Part shown: one piece after another, positions 21,414 to 30,208 of the stretch | How the letters are laid out: the number at the start of each line of letters is the position of its first letter | Numbering within the stretch: position 1 is the first letter of the stretch | Source of the DNA: an uncultured Lentisphaerota bacterium | Lineage (GTDB): Bacteria > Verrucomicrobiota > Kiritimatiellia > CAIQIC01 | NCBI GenBank assembly: GCA_903871765.1 | Contig: CAIQIC010000167.1 | Coordinates: 1 to 42,877 of the forward strand | DNA: 42,877 nucleotides | Direction of reading: 5' to 3' | Notes under the pieces: generated by a model | The model's input: only the letters and a program-made list of their open reading frames with translations | Told to the model about the DNA's origin: nothing | The model's database searches: none | Program-made: the position numbers and the translations under genes

Positions 21414-23471
21414 TCACGGGCCGGTCAACCCCTGCGATGCAGGGCGCCCCGGCTTGCGTAACGGGCCGAGCAGCACCGAGCTAAAGGCCACCCAATCGCC
21501 ATCCAAATCCACCGTGGGCGACTGTACGCCGAAGGTCAGGGCCACCACCTGTCCCGCATAAGCCCGGCAGGGGATGCAGACTGAGGCCCAGCGGATGCCC
21601 GTGGCGTCGGCGGGCAACAGACTGGCCAGCCACAGCCGCTGGCGGCGGCCATCAGCCGCCGTGATATCCACATAGGCCATGGTGCCGTCGCCAACGAGTA
21701 GCGGCATCCCGACTTTGAAGGATAAGACATCATCCGCCTGAAGCGTGATGTTTTCGAAGGTGCAGGTGAAGCCATTGATGACCGTCATCGTGGGCTCGAC
21801 GCCCAACTCACCCATCCAATCCATGAACAATACGCCGCTGCCGGCCGCCGGGTCCGGGCCGGCGACAGCATGGATTTTCCCGCGCTGGCGCTCGGCCAGA
21901 AAATCAAGCCGGGGCGACCACGACGCCGCTGCGCGGCTGACCAGCGCCGAGCGGGCTTGCGGCGTGATATCCACGAACGCCCGCTGCATGGGATTATAGG
22001 CAAAGACCAGCAGATTCGTCACCGCCCCTGCTGCAGGGGTCAGGTGCTGGAAATCACCCACATACTGCACGCGGAGGCCCGGCGCGCCCGTGTAGAAGGT
22101 GAAAAAGGTGCGGTCCAGAAAAATCCATTTACGGACAACGGTGGGAGCGCCAATGATGACCACGTGCCGGCGCGCTAATTCCGGCCCATATTTATCCAGG
22201 ATCACGGAGCGGGCGGAATGGGCGATCTTCTGGCTATCCATGAAATAAACATGGTCCAGATAGCCGCGATAGAACAGGTCCACGCTGCCGGCGGCCACCA
22301 GCACGCCCGCCATCAGCAGCCCGCGCAACTGGCCCGCCGGAGCCAGGCGGCCGCTCAGATAAGCCGCACCCAGCAGGAGCACGACGTAGGGGGCATACAG
22401 CCAGCGATATTCCTGGTGAAAAGAAACCGCAGCGGATAGCAACAACACCGTTCCCAGTACCAGGAGCAGGAATAGGTTCCGGGCCTCTTCGCCGGGTCGC
22501 CGCGGAAGAGCGCGGTCCGGATGGAAAAGATAGGCCACCACCAAGCTGGCCAGGGCTGCGGTCAGCAGACCACCCACCACCCATCCGGTGTGGCCGGCAG
22601 CAGCAACATGCACCCCGCTCAAATAGTCTGGTCCGACATTAAACCCCAGCAGGTTCAGGCCGCCGGTCAGCAAGAAGTGTACGACGCGGCGAATATCGAA
22701 GGGCACCGACACCCCGCCGCCGGTTTCATAAAAGTTTATTTTGAAGACCTGTGTCTTGAGCGTATAGTTGAGCAGCAGCACCGCGCTGGGCATCGCCGCC
22801 GTCAGCAACCGGGGCCCGACGGTCCTGAAGGTCGCCGGCGCCAGCCAGATGGCCGCCGTCAGGAAGCCACCCAGCACCACATATCTTTCATGGGTGAAAA
22901 CCGCCAGCAGATAAAAGGTCACCGGCCCGATCCAGGCGCGCAGCGTGCGCTGCGCATAGGCCCGCTGCGTCGCGATGACCAGCAGCAGGAACCAAGTCAG
23001 GGCCAGACCCTCCAAGACGCCGCCCAGGACTTGATACACGTTGTAATAACTGAACCGGGAAAAAATGAACATGCTCCCGGCGGCCCAGGCCGTGAAGCGC
23101 TGCCGGCGCGACAGACGATAAGCCAGCCAGGCCACGAGGCAGGCATTCAGCCATTCCATGCCCAGGTTCAGGAGATAATAAGCGGTGAAGTTGTCGCCCA
23201 GGAACCGGTGCGCCAGATGGGTAAACAGCAAACAGACCGGCCGATATTTATTCGCACCCACCGCGGTCAGGGCGTGCGCGATGCCCCTCCCCGCCGGGAT
23301 CGCGCGCAGGCTGACCATGAGGCTCAAATCGTCGCCCATGAAGGTCCGATAGGGGAAAAACCCGAACCACAGGCAGGTCAACAGGGCCAGGAATAAAACC
23401 AGACCAACGCCCCACCAACCCCGGAGGGCCGGCGGGCGGGAACGGCTGGTCGTGATGTTCTCCGGCTCCAT
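21414..23471 (-). CDS. Polytopic membrane protein, GT-C-like putative glycosyltransferase with a C-terminal extracytoplasmic domain.
   Basis: 685-aa ORF with about 11-13 TM helices, an acidic first-loop motif (FMGDDLSL) and a ~230-aa soluble C-terminus. Assignment to the GT-C fold rests on architecture only. Confidence 0.6.
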   Translation of the reverse strand: MEPENITTSRSRPPALRGWWGVGLVLFLALLTCLWFGFFPYRTFMGDDLSLMVSLRAIPAGRGIAHALTAVGANKYRPVCLLFTHLAHRFLGDNFTAYYLLNLGMEWLNACLVAWLAYRLSRRQRFTAWAAGSMFIFSRFSYYNVYQVLGGVLEGLALTWFLLLVIATQRAYAQRTLRAWIGPVTFYLLAVFTHERYVVLGGFLTAAIWLAPATFRTVGPRLLTAAMPSAVLLLNYTLKTQVFKINFYETGGGVSVPFDIRRVVHFLLTGGLNLLGFNVGPDYLSGVHVAAAGHTGWVVGGLLTAALASLVVAYLFHPDRALPRRPGEEARNLFLLLVLGTVLLLSAAVSFHQEYRWLYAPYVVLLLGAAYLSGRLAPAGQLRGLLMAGVLVAAGSVDLFYRGYLDHVYFMDSQKIAHSARSVILDKYGPELARRHVVIIGAPTVVRKWIFLDRTFFTFYTGAPGLRVQYVGDFQHLTPAAGAVTNLLVFAYNPMQRAFVDITPQARSALVSRAAASWSPRLDFLAERQRGKIHAVAGPDPAAGSGVLFMDWMGELGVEPTMTVINGFTCTFENITLQADDVLSFKVGMPLLVGDGTMAYVDITAADGRRQRLWLASLLPADATGIRWASVCIPCRAYAGQVVALTFGVQSPTVDLDGDWVAFSSVLLGPLRKPGRPASQGLTGP

Positions 23472-23648
23472 GCGCGCAGTCCCTCAGCGCTCCAGATGCG
23501 GATGCTGACCTCGCGCCGTCTTTACGCCGCATCCCCGTTGGTGTCAAGCGCATTGCCCGCCAACAAACATCGGGCACTCGCGCCGCACCCACCGCCCCCT
23601 GCATCATCACCGGGGCGGGGGTTGAACAACCGTCGGAAGCCCTGTAGT

Positions 23649-25385
23649 ATGGCCACGATGATCGGCAACGAAATTCATGCACCGCACGGATCGTCCGCCC
23701 CGCGCCGCCCGGTCCGGGCGTCGCGGGGCTCCAGCCTGTGGACTTTCCTGGTTGCGGCGCCGGCGCCCGCGTGGCTGCGCCTGGCGGCCGTCGGTGCCGG
23801 CATGGCCGCCAGCCTGGCCACGCTGCTGTTCTATCACGAGCTGGTCCGGCACTCCCGGCTCTACCTGTTGAGCAGCAACCCGCTGTGCTGGTTCCAGGGA
23901 TGCTGGCGCATGGAACTGCCGCTGCTGGCGGCCTTGATCGTCGTCATGGCCTGGCCAGCCGGGCGATGCCTGCTGGCGTGCTTTCTCGGCGGCGCCGCCG
24001 GAGCCCCGCCGCTCCTCGCCACCTACCTGCTGGTGGACATCTTCTGCCGCGCTTTCATGCGCCTGCCGTCGCCCTCCGACCTGGGCCTGTTGCCGGAACT
24101 CCTGCGCGCCGAGCCGTGGTGGGGCCTGGGCGTAGGCCTGGGTCTATTCGTCCTGCTGCTTCTGTTCCTGTCGCCACTGGTGATCTTTGCCCGGTGGTGG
24201 CGTCACGCCTCGCGGCGCCGGCGCGCCCTGACGTTGACGGCACGGCTGGCGCTGCTGCTGGCCCTGGTGCTGGCCCTGATGGCGCGCCCGGCCCTGGATT
24301 GGTGGCCGGCGCGGGTCAAATTCTGGTTTTTTTCCGATATTCAAAACGCCAAGGACTTCGGACGCCTGGCGGCCGTCTGGTACGTCTCGGCTCGCGCCCG
24401 CCTGGCGCACGAGCGCCTCGCCCATTTGCCGCTGTCAGATCACCTGCTGGCCTTCCCGGCCGGCCCGCTGGCCCGGCCGCGTAATGTCTATGTCGTGCTG
24501 TTGGAAAGCCTGGTGGATCCCCGCAACCTGGCGGTCAAGTCCCCGCTGCCCGATCCTGTCCATCCCGCCCTGCGGGCAGCGCTCGGCGACCAGGCGGTCT
24601 TCGATCACGTGTTCTCGCCGGTCTTCGGCGGCAACAGCGCCCAGGCGGAGTTCGAACTGCTCACCGGCGCGCCCGCCTTCGCCAGCTTCGGGCCCATCGA
24701 GTACATGAGCTTCACGCCCCGCCCCACCGAAGGATTGCCCCACAGCCTGGCCGGGGCCGGTTACCGCACGGTGGTGGCCGAAGGCGCCGACAGTCAATTC
24801 TTCAACGCCCGGACCGCGCACCGTTCGCTGGGCTTCGCGGAGGCGCATTACACGGATCTGAATGCCTGGGTCACCGCGCCCGCCGACGGCCATTATCTGT
24901 TCGACGGCGACCTTTTTGACACCGTGCTCGACCGTCTGCGCGCCACGGCGGACGGACGGCCCACGATGGCCTATATCGCGGGCATGTACGGGCATGCGCC
25001 TTTTTACCGCGACCGGCGCCGGCATCCCGACGTGCTCGCCCATCCGAATCCGGTGGTGGCCGAACTGGGTAACCTCTTCTACTATCGCGGCGCCGCCATC
25101 GCGCAGTTGCTCGCGCGCCTCCGCCGCGAGGATCCCGACGCCTTGATCCTGATTCTGGGCGACCACCAGCCGGTGCCGATCGCCGACATGCATGTGCGGG
25201 GTCATCGCGCCGTGCCGGCCCTGTTGTTCGACGGAGCCACGCGCGTTTCCATCGAAGGCAAATACATGTGGGAACTGCCTTGGCTGCTGTGGAGCCGGCT
25301 GTCCGGCACTGCCGTCCAACCGCCGGACGAGGAGGCCCGGCGGCTGCGCTACGAGACGCTCATCGCCCGCCATGTGCGCCAGTAA
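23649..25385 (+). CDS. LTA-synthase/sulfatase (alkaline phosphatase superfamily) membrane phosphotransferase.
   Basis: An N-terminal TM block is followed by NVYVVLLESLVDP, FGGNSAQAEFELLTG and LILGDHQP. The ATG at 23649 (MATMIGNE) is preferred over the track start at 23496, whose leader is Pro/Arg-rich. Confidence 0.75.
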   Translation: MATMIGNEIHAPHGSSAPRRPVRASRGSSLWTFLVAAPAPAWLRLAAVGAGMAASLATLLFYHELVRHSRLYLLSSNPLCWFQGCWRMELPLLAALIVVMAWPAGRCLLACFLGGAAGAPPLLATYLLVDIFCRAFMRLPSPSDLGLLPELLRAEPWWGLGVGLGLFVLLLLFLSPLVIFARWWRHASRRRRALTLTARLALLLALVLALMARPALDWWPARVKFWFFSDIQNAKDFGRLAAVWYVSARARLAHERLAHLPLSDHLLAFPAGPLARPRNVYVVLLESLVDPRNLAVKSPLPDPVHPALRAALGDQAVFDHVFSPVFGGNSAQAEFELLTGAPAFASFGPIEYMSFTPRPTEGLPHSLAGAGYRTVVAEGADSQFFNARTAHRSLGFAEAHYTDLNAWVTAPADGHYLFDGDLFDTVLDRLRATADGRPTMAYIAGMYGHAPFYRDRRRHPDVLAHPNPVVAELGNLFYYRGAAIAQLLARLRREDPDALILILGDHQPVPIADMHVRGHRAVPALLFDGATRVSIEGKYMWELPWLLWSRLSGTAVQPPDEEARRLRYETLIARHVRQ

Positions 25386-25419
25386 CCTGCCTTCATCCAA
25401 CACTTGTGGGGCGCCGCCC

Positions 25420-26541
25420 GTGAAAATCGCCTTCAGTCTGTTAAACTATCGTCCGGGGAAGATCGGCGGAACGGAGATTTATCTCCGCCAGTTGCTCGCC
25501 CATCTGCCCGGCGTCCTCGGCCCTGACGAACTGGTCGTGCTGCTGGGTCGCGATCAAGCCGCGGCCATGCCCGCCGGCCCGTTGGCGCGACTGGTCGTGG
25601 ACGCGTCCGACGGGCAACTGGCCGCCGCGCGCATCCTGGAGGCCTTCACACCCTACCGCGCCCGGTTTGCGGAGCGGATCATGGCGCACAGCCGTTGCGA
25701 TGTGGCCGTGTTTCCACAACAATCCATCTTTCCCAAGCGCGTGGCCGTCCCCAGCCTCCTGGTCGTCCATGCCGTGCAGCACCTGCTGCAACCGGAACAG
25801 TTTGCGCTGTTCGACCGGGCCTTCCGCGCCGCCGCCTATCCGTACGGCTTGCGCCGGGCCGACCGGATTGTCGCCATTTCCACCGTGATGAAAAACACGC
25901 TGGTGGAGCGGTGCCAGGTGCCGGCGGAAAAGATTGCGGTGATTCCACACGGCCGCTTGGAACTGAATCCATCCGCGGTCCGCCCCACCCCGCGGGTCAC
26001 GGGCCGATTCCTGTTCTATCCCGCGGCCACCTATCCCTACAAGGGGCACGCCGTGCTGCTGGAGACCTTCGCCCGGCTGCGCCGCGGCGGCTACGACGGC
26101 CGGCTCGTCCTGGCCGGCCAGCAGACCGCGTATTGGAAGACGCTGGCCCGCCGCATCCGCACCCTGGGGCTGCAGGACGCGGTGCGGCACCTGGGCTGGT
26201 TGCCGCTGGCCGAAGTGCTGGAGGTGTACCGGGCGGCCGAGGCCGTCGTGCTGCCGACCACGTACGAGGGCTTCGGGCTGCCGGTCATGGAGGCGGCCGC
26301 GATGGAAAAGAAATTGATCGTTTCCCGGCTGGCCATCTTCGACGAGCTGGGCGTGCCCCCGGCATTCCAAATTGATTTCGCCGATGTCGCGCAGCTCGCC
26401 GCCGCCCTGGTACGGCCCGGCCCCACGCGGCTGACGGCGCCTGCCTGGACCTGGAAACAGTGCGCCGCGGCGCTGGTGGATCTCGCGCGCCAGACCCGGG
26501 CAACGGCCCGCGCAGCCGCCCGGGAGCGCGTTGTTTCGTAG
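25420..26541 (+). CDS. GT4 (GT-B fold) glycosyltransferase.
   Basis: The GTG start at 25420 gives VKIAFSLLNYRPGKIGGTEIYLRQL. The C-terminal motif is LPTTYEGFGLPVMEAAAMEKKLIVS. The upstream part of the 449-aa track ORF overlaps the preceding gene out of frame. Confidence 0.8.
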   Translation: MKIAFSLLNYRPGKIGGTEIYLRQLLAHLPGVLGPDELVVLLGRDQAAAMPAGPLARLVVDASDGQLAAARILEAFTPYRARFAERIMAHSRCDVAVFPQQSIFPKRVAVPSLLVVHAVQHLLQPEQFALFDRAFRAAAYPYGLRRADRIVAISTVMKNTLVERCQVPAEKIAVIPHGRLELNPSAVRPTPRVTGRFLFYPAATYPYKGHAVLLETFARLRRGGYDGRLVLAGQQTAYWKTLARRIRTLGLQDAVRHLGWLPLAEVLEVYRAAEAVVLPTTYEGFGLPVMEAAAMEKKLIVSRLAIFDELGVPPAFQIDFADVAQLAAALVRPGPTRLTAPAWTWKQCAAALVDLARQTRATARAAARERVVS

Positions 26542-26581
26542 CCCGCGCCCGACCGTAACATTCGAACGCTGGCGCGGCGGA

Positions 26582-27373
26582 TCAGGATACTTTCCGCCGC
26601 GCCGCCATGAACGAATAACCGGCGATGATGCCGTACCGCACCACCAGATGGATCAGCGCCTGTGGCGAACAGCGGCCGGTATCGGCGGCCGCGGCCTCCC
26701 ATTCCTCACGAAACTGGCGGTGATAAGTCTGGCCGCTGATCGAGCCCGGATGCCAGCGAAAGTCCGCCAGCGGCGCGCCGGGCACGCGCACAGCCCCGCC
26801 GCAATGCCACAGCCGCAGGATGAATTCGTAATCGAACGCCGCGGCCAGATCCTCGCGCAACGGTCCGGTCTGCTGCCACACGGCGCGCCGGAAGAACATC
26901 GCCGGCTGCGAGATGTAATTGATGCACTGGAAGGTGAAACGCGTGGAGAGCGGAAAGAACAACTCCTTCAGGCGGGTGATCGTGCGCCGGATTTCAGCCC
27001 CGGCCTCGTCCACGATCCGGCACCCGCCAAAGCAGAAGGTGCTGGCGGGATGCGCGCGCATGACCAGGGCGACACGGGCCAGCGCGTCGGGATAATACCG
27101 GTCATCGGCGTTGAGCCAGCCGATGATGTCGCCCGTGGCGCGACTCAGGCCCTTGTTGATGGCCGAGGCCGGACCGCCATCCGGCTCCGTGAGCAAGTGC
27201 GTATCCACTCCCAGATGGGGACGGATGATGGCCAGGGAACCGTCGGTGCTGCCGCCGTCCACGATCCAGTGTTCCACCTCCACCCCGGTGGTTCGCTGGG
27301 CGGCGACGCTGTCCAGCGTTTCCGCGAGAAAGCGTGCACCGTTAAAGTTCGGAGTAATGATGGAAAATTTCAT
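26582..27373 (-). CDS. Family 2 glycosyltransferase.
   Basis: 263-aa ORF with MKFSIITPNFNGARFLAETLDSV, WIVDGGSTDGS and WLNADDRYYPDAL. Confidence 0.85.
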   Translation of the reverse strand: MKFSIITPNFNGARFLAETLDSVAAQRTTGVEVEHWIVDGGSTDGSLAIIRPHLGVDTHLLTEPDGGPASAINKGLSRATGDIIGWLNADDRYYPDALARVALVMRAHPASTFCFGGCRIVDEAGAEIRRTITRLKELFFPLSTRFTFQCINYISQPAMFFRRAVWQQTGPLREDLAAAFDYEFILRLWHCGGAVRVPGAPLADFRWHPGSISGQTYHRQFREEWEAAAADTGRCSPQALIHLVVRYGIIAGYSFMAARRKVS

Positions 27374-28335
27374 GTGATTTCATGGTTCGTTGGCTGCAGG
27401 TCCGGCGGGCGGGCAGCCAGCGGCGGCGGTTCGGCCAGCCAGACATCGTAGGCCGGGCCGAGCTGGCGCAGGAATTCCGGGCCCCAGTAGCGCTCCCAAG
27501 CCAGCACCGGCAACAAAATGACCGCATTGATATACGGAATCAGCAGTCCGCAGCAACAGCAGCAGGTGAGGCAGGCGATGCACATCACCCCCATCCCCAC
27601 GGCCAGGCCGAACGCAAAGCGCAGCAGCCCGTAGAGCAGGAACGCGCCCGGCCGCGCGCGCCAGAGCGGCAGCCAGAGCCGCCAGGCGGCGTTGGTCCGC
27701 ACATCGTACTTGCGCATCAGCGGGATAATGAAGTCCTTCAGCAAGGCCACGACATAGCCGTTGACCACCAGGAAAATCAGCAGCAGCAGCGCGCCGACCG
27801 CGATGCCCGCGACGGCTGAGGCGCCGAAAGCCCGCGCCCGGATGGCCGGCCAGGCCAGCGCCGCCCCCACCCCCACGATCAGCAGCACGATCGCCAGCAC
27901 CACCAACACGTAGACCACCAGCCAGAGAAACAGTGAATGGCCCTGCCGCCGGCTGTTACGCCAGGGCGCCGCCACCTCCGCGCGACCCGTCAACGCGTTG
28001 TCCAGGAACATGAACTTGCCCCGCGCACTGAGCCACAGAAGCACCAGGCTGAACGCCACCGCGAGGATGAAGACCAACGCGCCGATGGTGATGATGAGCC
28101 AGAAATGTTCATGGAACACGGCCCACCCGCCCGGGGCTGACACGCCGCGGTGGGACGATGGCGATGAGGGGACGTTAAAATGAAAGTTCACCCCGCCCTC
28201 GCCGAGCGTCGCCAGCCAGGCCGTGAAACCAATCGTCAGCCAACGCGCCAGATCAAACGGGCGGAATAACAGCGCTTGCATGCGCTGGAAGGCCGCTGCA
28301 AACGGCTCCACATAGGCAATCTCTTGTTCGATCAT
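27370..28335 (-). CDS. Uncharacterised polytopic membrane protein with an intramembrane cysteine cluster.
   Basis: 321-aa ORF with 5-6 TM helices. MCIACLTCCCCCG is encoded at 27550-27582. The stop overlaps the GT2 start (ATGA). Confidence 0.7.
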   Translation of the reverse strand: MIEQEIAYVEPFAAAFQRMQALLFRPFDLARWLTIGFTAWLATLGEGGVNFHFNVPSSPSSHRGVSAPGGWAVFHEHFWLIITIGALVFILAVAFSLVLLWLSARGKFMFLDNALTGRAEVAAPWRNSRRQGHSLFLWLVVYVLVVLAIVLLIVGVGAALAWPAIRARAFGASAVAGIAVGALLLLIFLVVNGYVVALLKDFIIPLMRKYDVRTNAAWRLWLPLWRARPGAFLLYGLLRFAFGLAVGMGVMCIACLTCCCCCGLLIPYINAVILLPVLAWERYWGPEFLRQLGPAYDVWLAEPPPLAARPPDLQPTNHEIT

Positions 28336-28399
28336 AGCCGCGCCTCCTTCGGCACCGGCCCTTTTGTAACCTCTCGCCGGATGGGAAGAAAGTCCAAAT

Positions 28400-28428
28400 T
28401 TGACAAGCGCCTCCCGCCGGTTTATTAT
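28400..28428 (+). promoter_or_regulatory. Sigma-70-like promoter upstream of the PilZ-like ORF and pilT.
   Basis: TTGACA (28400-28405), a 17-nt spacer, then TATTAT (28423-28428). It sits in a locally AT-richer divergent intergenic region, and the first ATG (28436) is 7 nt downstream. Confidence 0.5.
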
Positions 28429-28435
28429 TGCCTAC

Positions 28436-28837
28436 ATGCGCGCAGTTTCTGTGCAGAAGAAGCCCCGAACTTCCGGCCGCAAAGCGCCCGGCTTTCGTTG
28501 GTCGGCTAAACGGGTCAAGGTGTTCTTAAACCGGCGCCATGTGGGCGCGCAGCCCTCCAAATTGTTAAGGGTGTGCCCCCTGGGGTTGCAGTTCTATGCT
28601 TCCCGCAAGGTGCCGGAATTCAGCGTGCTCGCGTTCCGCATGAACATCGCCATGGCCAACGGCCTGCAGGAAGAGGTGAGTTGCTCGGGCGTTGTAGTGC
28701 ATTGCCAGTGGGATCGGGAAAGCCGTTTGTATCGCATCTGGGTCAAGTTCATCGATCTGCCCGACGCCACGAAGGCGCAGATCAAATGCATGGCGCGCGC
28801 CGCGAAATTAACATGTCCGCATTGCGAGAATTATTAA
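28436..28837 (+). CDS. Small PilZ-like (degenerate) beta-barrel protein with a C-terminal CxxC.
   Basis: The ORF is open from the TTG at 28400; the ATG at 28436 lies 7 nt after a -10-like hexamer. The pattern LRVCPLGLQFYA...VLAFRMNI...CSGVVVHCQW...YRIWVKFIDLP resembles a PilZ barrel, but the canonical RxxxR and DxSxxG motifs are absent. The 3' end overlaps pilT by 25 nt. Confidence 0.5.
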   Translation: MRAVSVQKKPRTSGRKAPGFRWSAKRVKVFLNRRHVGAQPSKLLRVCPLGLQFYASRKVPEFSVLAFRMNIAMANGLQEEVSCSGVVVHCQWDRESRLYRIWVKFIDLPDATKAQIKCMARAAKLTCPHCENY

Positions 28838-29904
28838 GCACGGCCGTAGCCTTCGGCGTGTCGGACATTCACATCAAGGTGGATAGCCCCGGCATCTTCC
28901 GGCTCAACGGCGCCTTGATCGAAGCCAGCTCGCACTGCTACGCCCAGGAAGAGGTGCGCCGCATCGTGGACGAAATCCTACCGGCCCATGAACGCCGGCA
29001 CTATGAAACGGACCACGAATCCGACTTTTCCCTGCAGGAGCCGGAGGTCGGCCGCTTTCGTGCGACAGTCTTTAACAGCCATGGTCTGCCCGTCATCTCC
29101 CTGCGGCATGTCAAAACCCTGATCCCCTCGTTCGCCGAGCTGCACCTGCCGTCGAGCATCGAGCAGATCGCACTGGTGCCGCGCGGCATCATCATTGCCT
29201 CGGGTTCCACCGGCAGCGGCAAATCCACCACGCTGGCCGCCATGATCCAGCATATCAACCTGCACCAGCGCTGCCGCATCGTCACCATCGAGGATCCCGT
29301 CGAGTTTGTGTTCGAGGACCGGCAGTCCATCATCTCGCAGCGGGAGGTGGGCCTCGACACACCCTCCTTCCACAGCGCCCTCAAGCACGTGCTGCGGCAG
29401 GATCCCGATGTCATCATGATCGGCGAAATGCGCGATGCCCAGAGCTTCATCGCCGCGCTCACCGCCTCCGAAACCGGGCATCTGATCTTCACCACGATGC
29501 ACACCGACACGGCAGGCCAGGCCGTCAGCCGCATCCTGAACTTCTTCCCGCCGACCGAACGCGATCAGGTGCGGATGAGCCTGGCCACCAACCTGCAGGC
29601 GGTCATCTGCCAGCGCCTCACCCCCGCCTGCGCGGGCGGGGTGGTGCCGGCCGTGGAAATCCTGCGCAGCACGCCCACCGTCCGGAAACTGATCGAGAAA
29701 AACATCCTCGACAAGCTGCCCGACGCCATCGAAACGGGCGGCGAGGACCAGATGCAGACGTTCAACCAGTCCATCTACAACCTCGTCAAGAGCGGCGTGA
29801 TCAGCGAGGCGGAAGGCATGCTCCGCGCCAGCAATCCCGAGGCGCTGAAGAGGAACCTCAAGGGCATTTTCCTCGACGAAGCCCGCCGCATCCTGTCCAC
29901 CTGA
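28813..29904 (+). CDS. pilT: Type IV pilus retraction ATPase, PilT/PilU family.
   Basis: MSALRELLSTAVAFGVSDIHI, Walker A GSTGSGKSTTLAAM, TIEDPVEF, DPDVIMIGEMRD and ETGHLIFTTMHT. Confidence 0.9.
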   Translation: MSALRELLSTAVAFGVSDIHIKVDSPGIFRLNGALIEASSHCYAQEEVRRIVDEILPAHERRHYETDHESDFSLQEPEVGRFRATVFNSHGLPVISLRHVKTLIPSFAELHLPSSIEQIALVPRGIIIASGSTGSGKSTTLAAMIQHINLHQRCRIVTIEDPVEFVFEDRQSIISQREVGLDTPSFHSALKHVLRQDPDVIMIGEMRDAQSFIAALTASETGHLIFTTMHTDTAGQAVSRILNFFPPTERDQVRMSLATNLQAVICQRLTPACAGGVVPAVEILRSTPTVRKLIEKNILDKLPDAIETGGEDQMQTFNQSIYNLVKSGVISEAEGMLRASNPEALKRNLKGIFLDEARRILST

Positions 29905-29936
29905 CGCGCGCCCGGCCCGTGGCCGGCCGTCGTTTT
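29903..29936 (+). terminator. Putative intrinsic terminator after pilT.
   Basis: The sequence GACG..CCGGCC-CGT-GGCCGG..CGTC forms a stem that is followed directly by G-TTTT. It starts inside the pilT stop codon. Confidence 0.4.
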
Positions 29937-30208
29937 CACATCCGCCAGGACCAGCACATCACCTGGATTGCACGGGCCCTGCAAGGCCTCGGGGATGAGG
30001 CAGCGCCTGCCTAGGTGCTCCTTATATTCCGCGGCAGAAACCCTCCGATATTCCCGGAATCGTGACCGCTTCCGCTCCCTAAAGCAGCGGGGACGAATCA
30101 AGGAAATTTTCAGGCCATTTGCCGCTTGCAACCCTCGGCCCGGCGTGACAGCCTGCGACCACCATGCAGGCGCATGAAAACCGCTTCGCCCCCACCCGCG
30201 CGGCGGCC

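Noticed and set aside
24435-25403. 322-aa minus-strand ORF opposite the LTA-synthase-family gene.
   Set aside because: It is a shadow ORF. The plus frame has the sulfatase-family motifs, and the minus frame is G/R/A/H-rich with none.
29775-30131. 118-aa minus ORF in the pilT-thuA spacer.
   Set aside because: It overlaps the pilT 3' end, is Arg-rich, and has no start context or recognisable features. The spacer is better explained by a terminator plus the promoter of the next operon.
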